A DNA stretch of 64,000 bases, from the NCBI GenBank assembly GCA_012295275.1, contig CM022672.1:21824001-21888000 (forward strand). Reading direction: 5' to 3'. Shown here piece after piece: positions 15,329-30,067 of this stretch; the stretch's first letter is position 1, and every line of letters starts with the position of its first letter. The translations under genes and the position numbers were made by a program. The notes below the pieces were generated by a model, which worked only from the letters and a program-made list of their open reading frames with translations, was not told the origin of the DNA and did no database searches. This DNA comes from Chrysomallon squamiferum. Its lineage: Eukaryota; Animalia; Mollusca.

Positions 15329-16026
15329 CAGGGCCGGATTAAGCAACTGCGGGGCCTGTAGCAAAACACAGCATAGTCCCTTATAGCTGGCTAGTTGCAA
15401 AAGTAAACCTCCCGCACTGAATCCACGCCCACTATTATCATAGCTTTACATAGAACATAAACACAGCATTAATGTTTGAACAATCAGTCAGATGTATTGT
15501 CGAAACAAAAGGAATCTTGCCAACAGTGTGAAAAACCAGCGCAAATCCCATTAAAATGATCATGAATACCCCGAAAACGTGGGTCAAAGTTTAGCTCAGT
15601 AGACTAGTGTGATTCAGGATCAGATTAAGTTACATATCGCGCCTTAGAGATTTCATATGAGCAAAGTCTTTTTTATAATGGAAGTAGTGTGAACAGTTCT
15701 CAACAGCTCGCATTCGATGCTCGTCAACGTCAGCATATTTAAATTTTGTTTTTTCCCATCGTCGTTTTTTGTAAATTCTGTATGCGGCGCAGTTTGGTAA
15801 ACGAACGCTCTCCCGTGCAGTTTGTAACCATCATCCACAAATACATGCGTAGCATTTTCTCAGTAATAGAAAAACATGACTGCAGGTTGTGATCTTTGAG
15901 GAAACGGTACATGAGCAGCTCCCAGCATTTTGATTAGAAAAAAAAAAAAAAAAAAATGCCGGTATGCAGGGAAAGTGCGGGGCCAATAGCATTTGCTACA
16001 TCCGCTACGTTGTTAATCCAGCACTG
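15329..16026. mobile_element. Non-autonomous hAT-superfamily DNA transposon (MITE), approximately 700 bp, in a gene A intron
   Basis: TIRs CAGGGCCGGATTAA / TTAATCCAGCACTG. Perfect 8-bp TSD GTAATAGT at 15321-15328 and 16027-16034. Subterminal TGCGGGGCC motif at both ends. No transposase ORF. Confidence 0.85.
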
Positions 16027-16100
16027 GTAATAGTAGTAGTAGAAGTAACTTATTTTAATTATTATTATTATTATTGTTATTTTTGTTGTTGTTGTTGTTG

Positions 16101-16143
<43 letters not shown>

Positions 16144-16863
16144 TGGTTTTCCATTTTTTCCATTTTTTCCTCTTTTTTTTTTCAAAGTTCTTATTATAAA
16201 TTTCTAAGTGAAAATATCTGATCACGATTACTGCCGCTAAACCTGCATTCAAAGCCATCTTTATTACCAACCCATCAGAAACAGGGTTACCAAGTTATAG
16301 TCAAGAATGTGACAACACTAGATGTGTCAAGAAAACAGGCCGTAAAATGCTAGAAGATACAAATTAATTTTTATTATTAACCTCAGATATTCTCAGCATA
16401 TTCACTGTTTGTTTTTTTTTTTTTTTTTTTTTTTTTTACTGATTTTTGCAGCTTATTTTTATTTATGAAATATGATTTAATTTGGTTTATTTCAGTTCAA
16501 ACTTACCTTTCTCTACTTATCGCATAGGTAAAGCCGATCAGTACACACACCACAATCAAAATCTTCATTCTTCTTACAACTCTATTAGTTCTTGAATCAG
16601 AATTAAAGATAAAATACATATGAAAAAAGAAACTAAAAAGAAAACATCGTTATTAAGTAAGTAATGAGATGAATAACACTGATGATGATGATGATGATAA
16701 TAATAATAAACAGATGTTTTAAAATTTGTCTAAACAGGTTGCTTGATGACAAAAGTAAGAATAACAAAGTCGCTGTTTGTCATATAAATACTTATTTAAT
16801 CATTTTAAAATAATAATTTACTTACTTAGATGATGTCCAAGAATGATTTGATGTCGTACAAGT

Positions 16864-16902
<39 letters not shown>

Positions 16903-19816
16903 ATATGTATGCATCATTAAATTCTGACACTCGCCTGTAATATTCAATAATCTAGTAACCACGCCTTTTTCATCTAATACATTACATTTATTTTAGTTTT
17001 TCGTGCAAAATGGCTTACGTTATAGATGTATTATTTATATTTTTGCTTTATTATTATTATTAGTAGTAGTAGTAGTATTTTGAAATATCGTTTCTCTGCG
17101 TATGTATGTATGCACGTAAGCCAAATGGTAAGAAAGCTACAGAGAAACAGAGACTGAGGGAGAGAGAGAGCAAGAAAAGGATATGGTCGTATATAAGTAC
17201 AGTATACATAGAGCTTTTAATTAATTATTTATTAATAATTTTTTGCTGTTATATTGTACACAGACACTGATTAGAGACACTGGCAAATAATCGAACATTT
17301 GGACATTAGGATTAATCAGTTCATTGCGACTAATTACACGATTAATACATGAACTGACTGGACAGATACAAATGTGAAATGTATCAGTTAAAAAATAAAA
17401 AATTGTCATCGATTCAGACAAAAAGATACTTTAAAGAATTTTATAAACTCCTATATTTCTGAAATATGGTTTATTTTGTACACAATTCTGTCACCTCGTC
17501 TTCGTTCGAAACGTTTTGATACCAGTGATAAGAATAATACCGTATCAGTCATTACGTGACAAAATAAAGAGTAATATAGTTTACTATTTTAAAATTCACC
17601 GGAAAGATATTACAGGAAACAAAAAGAGCTAGTAACACAATGGAATTAATACAGTCTCTGAGACGTATTAATATTATTTATCATCATCATAGTCATTATA
17701 AAACCATCATCATCATAATCATTATAATAAATTATCGTCACGGTCATCATTATAATATTATTATTATGATAACTGCGATGACATTTATTAGGACCATGAT
17801 GATTATGATTGCCAGGCTCACTGTAATGATGATTTATAATAACTATGATGATGGTTATTATTATAATTACTATGATTATTAATCATATTAAAAACTGATG
17901 ATGATTATTATAATAATTAAGATAATGATTATTATATTAAGAAAAACACAATACATTTATTATTACATTGACCATGATAATAAAGATTTTTTTCTGTAAT
18001 AAGTGCAAATATGATTATTATTTTAATGACTATGCTGATAATTACAGTAATATTTATAATCGTGATGAGGACTATGACAGCTGAATATAATTTATTATTT
18101 TCACTAAAATTATTGTAATAGACTCTGAGATGGAAAGCGTGCAGATAAATTAAAATAAAAAAAAAAAAAAAGAAAGAAAAAAGAAAACAGGAAAAACAAG
18201 TCTGTCAAAAATTAGATTGTCATGAACGCATCAGACTTTCACTAAAATATACGAACGTATATTTAAGCTTTCAGAAAAAGAAATTACATTCTCGAGTCAA
18301 ACAGAAACAGTAGCATGTGTTAATAACAACGAAAGGTTTCTGTTTTGAATTTAAATTCGCATTTATTAGTAATTTTTATGTTATTTTTTATTGTTTCTAT
18401 CAAAGAATAGATTTCACATATATAAATGGTTACTTCTGGAAAAACTGGTTGTGGTATTGACTGAAGCATGCAACAATACCGTTTCAAGTTTCGTTAGCCA
18501 ACACTATATTATTAAAGTATAGAATAAAAATAATCTTATTTTATCGAGTAATACTGAACGGTTGTCAAAGATATTGCTGAAAAAAAAGAAAAAAAGAAAG
18601 AAAGAACTATAAATGTTAGGGAAGGGTATCACTGCGCTTACGCCTAGCTTAGAACTATAACGATTTAAGAGTGTGGCACAACTAAAACAATACTTTCTTC
18701 TGCTTTGGTAGACTATCATGTGAATAATACCTGTGGAATATATAACAAAACACAGATATAATTTTCATACTACCTCTGTGGACATCTATACTACATAAAT
18801 GTGAAATAAGGATAATCGTTTTTTATTTAGCAGTTGTCAAAGATTCGTCTTCTTCAAAAAAAAAAAAAAACCCCACTCATCTAATGGAAGATATGGAACT
18901 ATATCTATGCACATACAGCCAGCTTAGAACTATAACGGCGTAAGTGTGTTGTTACTGTCTCTAGAGCGTTCGATCAGTAAACAGCAATTTGTTAATGTTA
19001 CATATGAAGACAAGCTGGCAGATTCCACCAACATCTTTTTGTCTGTGGAAATTAAAGGGTGATCTAATTCCTTCTGAAGTAGGCTGCAACCTTTAAACTT
19101 GGGATAAATTTGATATCTTCTGCAGTGACCTCAACAGCTACCAAGACGACGTCAATCCTAGCAATATATTGCAAACTACGTGTCGTTTTCTTCAGCTGCT
19201 GTATAAAAGAAGAGAGCAGAAGTTGAACCATGACATTGCTTGCCACGTCACTGGCACAAATTATTATTATTATTATTTAAAATAAAGCTGATTGTTTTTA
19301 AAAAATTGTTAAGAGAGAGAAAAAGGCACGAAACCCTCCAGAAAAACAAAACAATTGACATTAAATAAAAAGATTTCGTAAATTTATTTTTTGAGATATT
19401 TGAAAACTGTCACCGTATGAAAACACTGAATATTTAAAATGTCAAATAATGTATACATGTGTGTTCCAGTTTATATGTCTTTCTCTGTTTGTCCGTCCTC
19501 ATCTCTGTTTGTATAATATATATAAAATAATATTTTGTTAAACAAAACCATCCTATCATTTAGTAATTTCATAAAATGTGTGTATCTTACCATGATGTAT
19601 GAAAACGTTTTTTTTATTCTTGTGGGGTCACCTAGCTGTCTGTCTATCTACCTCTCTGTATGTCTGTCTGTTTATCTATCTGTATATTTATTTATCTATC
19701 TCTCTATCTATCTATCTATCTATATGTCTATCTGTCTATCTCTATCGTTCAATCTATCTTATGTATCTGTATATCTATATATCTATCTATTTATCTATCT
19801 GTCTATCTATCTATTC

Positions 19817-19872
<56 letters not shown>

Positions 19873-20366
19873 CTAGGTAACTATTTCTATCCCTCATTCC
19901 GTCTGTCTTTTGATCCTGCCACCCATCCGTCTCTATCTCGCTATCTCTCTGCTGTCTACCTCTCTATCCAGCCATCCAGCCGTTCATTAATCAGTAGTCA
20001 ATCAATAAATCTGTCTGTCTATCTGACTGAATGTCTGTATGTCTGTATATCTGTATATCTGTCTTTAACTATTTCTTATTTTTTTGGTGGTTTTAGTTAT
20101 GAAAGTAATCATTGTGATTGCAGCAAATTTATTTAATACGTTTAATCATATGTATATATATGTGTGTGTGTGTATGTATGTATGTATGTATGTATGTGTT
20201 TATGTAAGTATAGAGTAGTATAAATTCAAAATATTTTAAATGTAAATACTGAGGAACAGATTTGTTCAGTATATATGAATACTGTTTTGATCAAACAAGT
20301 AAACATAAGAAAGTGATATGCATGTATAGTCTTCTAAACGTTTTGCATTATGTATGTTTTAATTAT

Positions 20367-20399
<33 letters not shown>

Positions 20400-20623
20400 A
20401 CACACACCATCATAAACACAGTCAGAGTAAACTGACCAATAATATTATATCAATGGTGTAAAAGATTCTTTGCTTTTAATATCTTTATTAGAGATATGTT
20501 TCGATTTTGCGATATATATATATATATAATTTTTTAATATTTGTTTAAAACAAATAAAGACAGTTTTGAAATGTATGAAATGATCGTCGTTATTTTAATC
20601 ATTCGCTCCATTTATTAACACAA

Positions 20624-20730
20624 ATTATAAAATAATTCGAATTTATCTCTTGTTAGCTTCAGTGTATATATATATATATACACACACACACTGAAGCTAA
20701 CAAGAGATAAATCCGAATTATTTTTATAAT
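20624..20730. repeat. Inverted repeat (approximately 42-bp arms) with a (TA)n(CA)n spacer
   Basis: ATTATAAAATAATTCGAATTTATCTCTTGTTAGCTTCAGTGT (20624-20665) matches its reverse complement at 20688-20730 with one mismatch and one indel. Confidence 0.9.
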
Positions 20731-22014
20731 CAAAGTCGCATGATTTTATTTAGACAAACTAAAATACCGAACAAGGAGCAAAAACCAAGATAAGGGCACT
20801 GAAGGAAGATTAATTTTCAAAACTTCGCGTCATCTCCAAGGGGAATCTTGGACTCTGCGTGGCGTATTTCTCTGAAATAATTATAGACTAACTAACTAAC
20901 TAACTAACTCTATATATATATATATATATACACTTAGATAGACAGATAGATAGATAGATAGTCATCTACTTATTTTGTTGTTATTGTTATATTGTTTATC
21001 TATTTTATTATTATTATTATTATTTTAATTTTAAATTTTAAAATTTTTATTTTTATTTTATTTTATTTTATTTTATTTTTTCGCAAGTTCAGCTTTTCTT
21101 TTCACATTTTTATTATTCATTTTGTTTTTAAGCTTGTAATTTTTGTTTCAAACACACGAAACTGACTTGTGGAGAGTTGTTTAAAAAGTGAAATATTAAA
21201 TAAACATTAAATTTGAATTTACCTTTTATTTCTGTGGAAACAACACCCGGTAGCCGATTTGTTTTTCGTTAAACCTTCATTCTGTCGAGATAACAACACT
21301 TTTGTGTCATGTTTACGATGCAGTTGTAACAACATTCTGTCATTAAAATATAAACAGGTTAGAATATTGACTGTAATTACCATTTTAAATAGAGGATTAT
21401 TGACGTCAGTCAGATGAAAATAATAATTTTATGTGAAGCTTATGAATGTGCATACATAATTGTTTTTATTTACTTATTAATTTTATAATTTTTTAAATTT
21501 CAATACATTGAGTAAATAAATATATAAATCGCTAAATTTTTTTTAGTAATAATAGATTTATTTTGCTGAAGTGGCGCAGGTTTTATTATTTTTTATTTAA
21601 CAGATTTATATTTTCCTTCGTGAACTGAATCTGATGCAACTGATCATTCTCCAAGGTGTTTGAAATTATAAATTCGATTCGATTCGATCGGAAAACTGAG
21701 ATTTGCAGTGCGTAGTATGTATGTGTGTGTGTGTGTATGTATCCGTGCATGTATGTTAGTATATATGTATATGCGTACGTATGTTGGGTAGGTAAGTATG
21801 TATGTATGTATATATGTATGCATGTATGTATGTATATATGTATGTGTGTATGTCGATGTGTATACGTGTATATACGTGCGAAACCATTTATGTCAAACTC
21901 TACTAATCATCAATAAACCATTTTCAACACAATTTTCAAAAGTTCAAAAATAAAGTCAAAACCATGAAACCATGCTTCGCTATAATAATCCTCTACACAG
22001 TATTTCAGTACTTA

Positions 22015-22050
<36 letters not shown>

Positions 22051-22268
22051 TTAATTATTATTATTTTTTATGGCTCCAATCTTTTGTCAAAAATAAATCA
22101 AAGTCGCATGATTTTTATTTAGACAAACTAAAATCCCGAACAAGGAGCAAAAACCAAGATAAGGGCACTGAAGGAAGATTAATTTTCAAAACTTCGCGTC
22201 ATCTCCAAGGGGAATCTTGGACTCTGCGTGGCGTATTTCTCTGAAATAATTATGGACTAACTAACTAA
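20728..22268 (+). repeat. Near-identical approximately 170-bp direct repeat pair (about 20728-20900 and 22096-22268)
   Basis: AATCAAAGTCGCATGATTTT...GGACTCTGCGTGGCGTATTTCTCTGAAATAATTAT.GACTAACTAACTAA occurs twice with only a few differences. Confidence 0.9.
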
Positions 22269-22921
22269 ACAGGATAAGCACGAACTAGACTAATCTGTGA
22301 AGGAAACATTACAGCACTGGTACAGATTATCAACCTACTGGAAAGAAAATAACACTAATCAGGGGCCTCTTCAGCTAGAAGAATACACCAATTATTTTAA
22401 AATACTGAAATTTTTTTATATATTTAAATTAAAATACCCATTAATAGATAAATTCACTATTTGGTCGTTTCAAAAAATATCAGCTTTAAAATGTTATATA
22501 TATGTATTTATTTTTGTTCCTAATTTAATTTCCATAAGAGTTTGTAGATCGTATCACAACGAGGGAATACATAATGAGACTGTTAAAATATGTTTGTGAC
22601 ATTTTATAGACACTTTACGTTATCGGTGTGTCTGCAGTTTGCACAATGTGGTTTTGTACACGTTTTATTAACATAACAATGCTATTGTTTCTAAGGGACT
22701 TTTTATTTTTTTTGGTGTTTTTTAAAAAATTTTAAATTTTATATTATCATTATTATTTTATATATATATTATATGTGAGCTATGAATACAAAATAAAGCA
22801 GAATTAAAGAAAACAGGTCCGTTTTTTATTTTTTTATTTTATTATTATTTTTTTAATATGTAGATAATAAGAAATATATATATTTATGTGGGAAGGCATG
22901 TGTTTGATTGTGTGTGTTTTA

Positions 22922-23511
22922 CAGTAATGCCTTGGCTTACGAGTATAATCCGTTCTGTGAACGAGCTCGTAACTTAATTTGCTCGTATATCAAATAAACT
23001 TTCCCAAATGAAATTAATTGAAATACCAATTTCTGTCTAACATTTTTTTAAATAAGAAAAATGTATTTATAAATGACAAATAGTGTATAAAAACAAAATG
23101 AAAAATAATGTAAATAAATAAATTGGTTTTGTAAAGTGTATTTATCTTGGAGATTAGACAAATTATTTTAACGCCTTTGGCTAGAGTTTATCGACTCCTT
23201 CTGCTTCAGTTTGGTACATATCGTAGAAGTACTACGCTCATACTGCCTAGCTTTAGATCAATGAACATCATCTCAGCACTGTCCTTTGCACTCACTTTCT
23301 TAGGATCCATGGTCTGAAAATGGAAAACACATCAGAGATCCTTCCGCGGCGAGGTAACCACGTGAAGTAAAAGAGTGAGACGCGACCGTTGTGTGTTCGT
23401 TGCGCCAACTAGCGGCGGCGTATCTGAAGCTCGCTCGTAACTCGTACTCTGGCTCGCAACTCTAAGCAAAAATCGACCTTAAGTTGGAGCACTCGTAATT
23501 CGAGGTACAAC

Positions 23512-23513
<2 letters not shown>
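22922..23513 (-). mobile_element. Internally deleted Tigger/pogo (Tc1-mariner superfamily) DNA transposon
   Basis: Imperfect TIRs CAGTAATGCCTTGGCTTACGAGT / ACTCGTAATTCGAGGTACAACTG, with TA on the left. A decayed transposase N-terminus runs on the minus strand from ATG 23310: MDPKKVSAKDSAEMMFIDLK / RQYERSTSTICTKLKQKESI / AKGVKII, a CENP-B/psq-type HTH start typical of Tigger elements. Confidence 0.85.
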
Positions 23514-23573
<60 letters not shown>

Positions 23574-23764
23574 TACATACATACATGTGTCTGTGTGTGT
23601 GTATCTGTCTGTGTGCGTGTGTGCGCGCATGTGTGTTAAGAAACAAGTTTAAAGTTATTTCCGTTTACTGATCTCAATCTCTCAGTCGTTTTCATTACAA
23701 GAGGTCATTCGTTAACTCGCAGGCGAGATAGGACAAGGGAAGGCATCAACAATTAATATCAGTA

Positions 23765-23819
<55 letters not shown>

Positions 23820-24371
23820 AAATAAATAAACAAATAAACCAATAAATAAAAAGAATGAGTACAGCTGATTTTGACAGGAAATTCATCTGAATAATACTGA
23901 ATCTTGTTAGCTGTTCAGTCTAAAATTACGTCTGCCTGTTTGTATGAAGGTTGTGAACATTCGTTACCTGAGGACTAATGTTGGATGAAATTATAATATG
24001 TGTGCGTATCTGTGTGTGTGTGTATGTCTGTGTGTGTCTGTGTGAATATATTTTATTTCAAGAAAAGATTCATGTAAATACATGTAATCTATTAATAAAA
24101 TAACATGGAAAAATATTAAAAACAACAAAAGGAAAGAAAGTACTAAAAAAATACATTATCATTCAGCTACCCTTGTAGAAGGAAGTATATGATCAGCCAC
24201 CTGAAAAATACACCAGACAACAGTAATGTTTGGTCAAAAGTTTATTTATACGAAAAATAGAATCATACCGAAGTTTCACAGCCTTCTAATACAAATATTA
24301 TTTTTCATTAACATATTTGAAATCATTTTGTTTTTGAAATTTACTAAATTTATAAATTTCAAACTATTGGT

Positions 24372-24463
<92 letters not shown>

Positions 24464-25501
24464 CAGCTTTAAAATTATTCATATTCCAGAAAAATATAAA
24501 TAATAACAACATCTGTTATCTTTACCTGTGAACTGAATTTTGTGTTTAGTTGAAATAAAATTCATATTTTTTTCTGTTCTGGAAAACTAAAAAGTTATGT
24601 TTATTTTTGTTTTACTAATTTTTTTAAATGTAAACTTTGTTTTTAAGCAAAAATTATGTAATCGATAAACTAAAATAGAAATAGTAATAATAATAATAAT
24701 CATAACAATAATAATAATAACAACAATAACAACAACAATAACAACAATAATAACCAGAGTAAACAGAAATAACATATTTCAACACTCTATTTTCAATCTG
24801 ATGAAAAAAAATATCAAATGAATAATAATAAAAAAAACAAGTACGTTTAATTTTCAGTAATTATAATGAAATCTACCTTTCTACTAATCTTTAGTAAAAA
24901 TCCTTTGAGTAAAAGATTAACTTAAAAACTCCCAAAAAGAAGAAAAAAAAAAAAAAAAAAAAGAAAGAAAAAACAACTAAACACGAAAGAACCGGTGAAT
25001 TTGATTCTTCCAAGCCTAATAATATATGGTTTTCTTCCGAACCACCATAGAAAATCATTGCATTTAAAACTAAAAAAAAAAAAAAAAAAAAAATGTCTTA
25101 CCGTACGTATACCAAAGAAAATATCTGATTCGTTGTTGTAAAAATAATTACAAAAAACAACAACAAATTTCTCTAGCTATAAAATGTATTATAAAACAGT
25201 AGCTATAGTGTGACGTGGTTTCAAGACGGATTTAAATTTTTGCTTTTTTTTTTTTTTTTTTTTTTTTTCCTTTTTTTTTTTCTTTTTTTTCTTTTTTTTT
25301 TTATGTTTATATAAAGTAGAAAAATCAATTTATTAATCTGGCTAAAGAAATATATCATTTTATTCACATTTCGGAGAAAATGAATATTAGTGCTTTGACA
25401 AACACTGACCACAAGACAAAGTAAGAACGATTTTGTTTTAATCTTTTTTCATAAAAATTAATTTCCACTTTCAATTATGTTATCTGCAAATTAAATCTGT
25501 C

Positions 25502-25561
<60 letters not shown>

Positions 25562-25661
25562 CCCGTCTACCGCTTTGTGCGTTCTGAAAACACAATATGT
25601 TCGAAGAAAAAAGACACATGCTGACGTACATAATTTACATTTTATAAAATGATATTCAGAA

Positions 25662-25786
25662 GGGCGTGTTTGGGAGATGAGCTGTCACTGAAAGTTTGTC
25701 TGTAACGGTATATATACATGTCTGCAAGCTTCGGGGTGAATACCACACATTCGTCAGTAGCAGGGGACGTAATTACCAAGAATCAG
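25662..25786 (+). promoter_or_regulatory. Putative promoter (GGGCGTGT box 25662-25669, TATATATA 25709-25716) and non-coding first exon of paralogue B
   Basis: A GC/KLF-like box, a TATA element and then a strong donor CAG/GTAAGC at 25786, upstream of the signal-peptide exon acceptor at 26631. Confidence 0.5.
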
Positions 25787-26062
25787 GTAAGCTCACGCAT
25801 GCTTGTCAACGTTTGCAAACTGTTACCAGTTCTGTGGTAGAAACAACAGTACTAGTAACAACAACAGTGAACACGCATGATTTGAATGCAAAGATATATA
25901 TATATATTTATTTTTTTTTTTTTTTTGATATATAAATAAATAAATAAATTTCCAATACATGCATTCGTATTGTAGATTATAATAATAATAATAATAATAA
26001 TAATAATTATTATTATTATTATTATTAAAATATATGTCAGCAATGTGTAGCAATGTTTTCAA

Positions 26063-26131
<69 letters not shown>

Positions 26132-26638
26132 TAGCATACGATTAATTTCATGAAAATATTCATTTTAAATTCTTCTTCATTTTCTTCTTTTTCTGTGTCT
26201 TCTTCTTCTTCTTCTTCTTCTTGTTATTATTATTATGAGTGTCAGCATGAAAACGCAATATTTTAATAGTAATATTCTGATAGATATGATGAAGACGACG
26301 ATAATAATAATAATCAGCATGATGGTTCTGTCATGAAACTAATAAAATTTAAGCTTGAACGCGTCAGAAGCAACTTTAGACCAATTTGCTTTAGAATTTC
26401 AACCCAAATCTGAGATACTTCAGGTTAACTTTAAAAAAACAAAAAAGATATAATAATAATCGTGGTCTGTCACAGACCAAACATCCATCCAGTGAAGAAG
26501 ATAATAGCTGTTAATCCACCCAAAGATACCCACGAGCGTCAGGGTACCCAACAATGTAAGTCCGCAACTGATGACGTTTGTAATGATGACGATAATGATA
26601 ATAATAATAATAATAATAATTGTTTAAACAGATACAGA

Positions 26639-26716
26639 ATGGAGTTTTTAATTCTGGTTTGTTTCCTAATTGGCACCACCAACGCAATATCCAATGCAAC
26701 GTAAGTTTGTACTGAA

Positions 26717-26754
<38 letters not shown>

Positions 26755-27324
26755 TGATGATGATGATGATGATGATGATGGTAATAAAGAGAAAGATAAA
26801 TTTGGTAAAAATCTATCAATAATCTAATAAGTTATTAGTAAAAACTGATTTATGACATTTTACTTTCTCGTTGTTACGACGCTAAATATGTGCCAGCAAA
26901 GTATAAGTGTGAGTTTTCAAATTAACATCATAGGAGAAACATTTAGAGAAAGGTAGCAAAGGAACAAAAAAATAACAACAAGAACAACATCAATAATAAA
27001 TAAATAAATAAATACATTTAATTATTTAATTAATTAATGAGAAAAAAAAAAGAAGAAAAAAAAGAAGAAGTACTGAGTTTTATTCTTATTAAAGGTATAC
27101 ACGAGTATTTAATCAATATTTTGATCTGATTGATGACAACAAAGACGGCGACGTAACCCTAGACGAACTGACAAAAAATGCAGAGCTTCTCAGCAGTAAG
27201 TAGAAAAATATTCATTTTAAAATTTTATTTTTTTTTTTTATCAGAAATGTCTATTTTCTGGAAGGTTTTTCTTCTTTTTTGATCTGTTATTTATTAATTT
27301 AATTCGCTTTGAGGAAGTGGTAGC

Positions 27325-27410
<86 letters not shown>

Positions 27411-27569
27411 TGATATCTACAGCAAACACTGTAAAAGAAAAAAGTGGTTAATTTTATTTATTTATTTAACATTTCCCCCCCCCAGCGCGCGCACTTTGAG
27501 GGGCCAGGAGAATTAGTTGAATGTAGAAATTATTAGTCTGACTTTTGTAAAACTGAAAACAAATATTGG

Positions 27570-27608
<39 letters not shown>

Positions 27609-28397
27609 TTGTAGTGTCCCTTGGTTTATCTGAAGCCGAGCATAGGGAGAAATATCATTTTCCGATGGAATTAAGTAAAGCGTATTTTAGTAAAGCTGAC
27701 CTGGACGGTGATGGTATATTCACACTGAAAGATCTCAAAAAGATGCGAGTACTTGGTGATACAGACTGTGAGTTGTCTTCTTTCTTCTTCTTCTTCTTCT
27801 TCTTCTTCTTCTTCTTCTTCTTCTTCTTCTTCTTCTTCTTCTTCTTCTTCTTTTTTTTTTTTTTTTTTTTTTTTGTTTTGTTTTGATTGTGTTTAATGAG
27901 ATAAAGTTATATTACAAAATCTCTATTTAACTGATCGTTATTATCTCGAACTGTTGCTTTTGTTTCGAATTCACGTTTTCTTCAAAAATACGAGTACATA
28001 AGTTTAATCTTTTTTTTTTTGGTTTTTTTTCTTGCAAATCCCCCCGCTAATCCGTTCTTGTAGGCTGCAAAATATTTCTTTAGATGAATGACAAACATAA
28101 ATTTTGGTAAAAATTGGGAATTTCAATACAGGTAATTATAATAATGTTGATTAGAACGACGACGATGATGATGATGATATTGATGATGATATGCTCTCTA
28201 TATATATATATACATTTTTTTATATTTTTTTTGCAGTTGATGGTCATCTTGACAGAGAAGAATATGTAAAATATGCCTTAAAAGTAAATTTATTACAGCT
28301 TCTCTTTCAAACGTTCTAAAGAACTTTATGTATGTTCACAGCTTTATATAGCTGCATATCAGTTAGCATACATACATACATACATACATAAATACAC

Positions 28398-28439
<42 letters not shown>

Positions 28440-29690
28440 CTGTACATACATGCCTACATACATACATACATACATACATACATACATACATAAATACACA
28501 CACATATATATATATATACACACATACACACACATACCTGTACATACATGCCTACATACATACATACATACAGAAATATTGAAATGGAGTGCGCCATATG
28601 TGTCTACAACATTTCATATTACACTTTTACTGTTCCAGTTAAACATGGAGGTGGAACAAATTGTGAAGAGATCAGCATTTGATTTCTACGTCCTTGACCG
28701 GACTAGAGATGGTTTTCTGGATCTAGAAGAACTGGCAAAGGGTTTCGTATTATTATCAGATGGTATGTTAAGTTAAGTATAAATAAAACGGGTGCATATG
28801 TGTTTGAGTATGTATGTATGAATGTATGTATGTATGTATGTATGTATGTATGAATGTATGTATGTATGAATGTATGTATGTATGTATGTATGAATGTATG
28901 TATGTATGTATGTATGTATGAATGTATGTATGTATGTATGTATGAATGTATGTATGTATGTATGAATGTATGTATGTATGTATGTATGTATGTAAGTATG
29001 TAAATATGTATGTGTAGGTATGCTTGTATATATGTATGTATGTGCATATTTGTATATATATGTATGAATGTATGTATGTGTTTGTGTGTGTCTGTGTCTC
29101 TGTTTGTTACAGTTTTTATTATTTATTTATTATCGTTTATCCATGGATGTCAGTTTATTTATTTATTTGTTTATTTGTTTGTTTGTTTGTTTGTTTGTTT
29201 TTATATGTATTTATGTATTTATTTTTTTTTTTATTCATTTATTATTATTATTGTTGTTGTTGTTGTTGCTGCTGCTGCTGCTGCTGCTGTTGTTGTTGTT
29301 GTTGTTCTTATGATTATTATTATTATTTTGAAACATCATGGAGTTAATATATTCATTGTTTTGAAGTATAAGATTATTTCAGTTACAAGTCTGTGACCGT
29401 GGACAGTTTTTTTATATTTCTTTTTCATTTCAGTTCTGAAGTTCAAAACTTCTGACGAATTTATTGGAAGTGCAATGACTTTTTCTGGTGGTGAGATAAT
29501 ATTTGTCTGTCTGTTTACCCGTCTTTCTGTTTGTCTTTTACCTTCTTTTTTAACTTTTCGTTTTCGTAAATATTTGTCTGTCTGTTTACCTGCATTTCTG
29601 TTTGTCTTTTACCTTCTTTTTTAACTTTTCGTTTTCATAAATATTTGTTGTTGTTGTTATTATTATTGTTACTATCATCATCATTATTAC

Positions 29691-29738
<48 letters not shown>

Positions 29739-29950
29739 TATTATTATTATTATTATTATTATATTATCATCATCATCATAATCATCAACAGTATCATCAC
29801 AATCATTTTTTTGTTCTTGTTGTAATTGTTACTGTTATTTGTTTTTTTATTTAGCTGATAAACGACTGAATTACGAAGAATTTACCAGTTTCTATAAAGA
29901 GTAAGTTAAACACTACATTGTGTTTGTGTGTTTTGTATGTGTATGTATGT

Positions 29951-29982
<32 letters not shown>

Positions 29983-29995
29983 TTGTATGTATGTA

Positions 29996-30067
<72 letters not shown>

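Noticed and set aside
19000-19255. Higher-complexity stretch with a 60-aa ORF, considered as a sixth paralogue or retroelement fragment
   Set aside because: No EF-hand motif, family-sized exon or recognisable domain in the frames I read, so it cannot be assigned.
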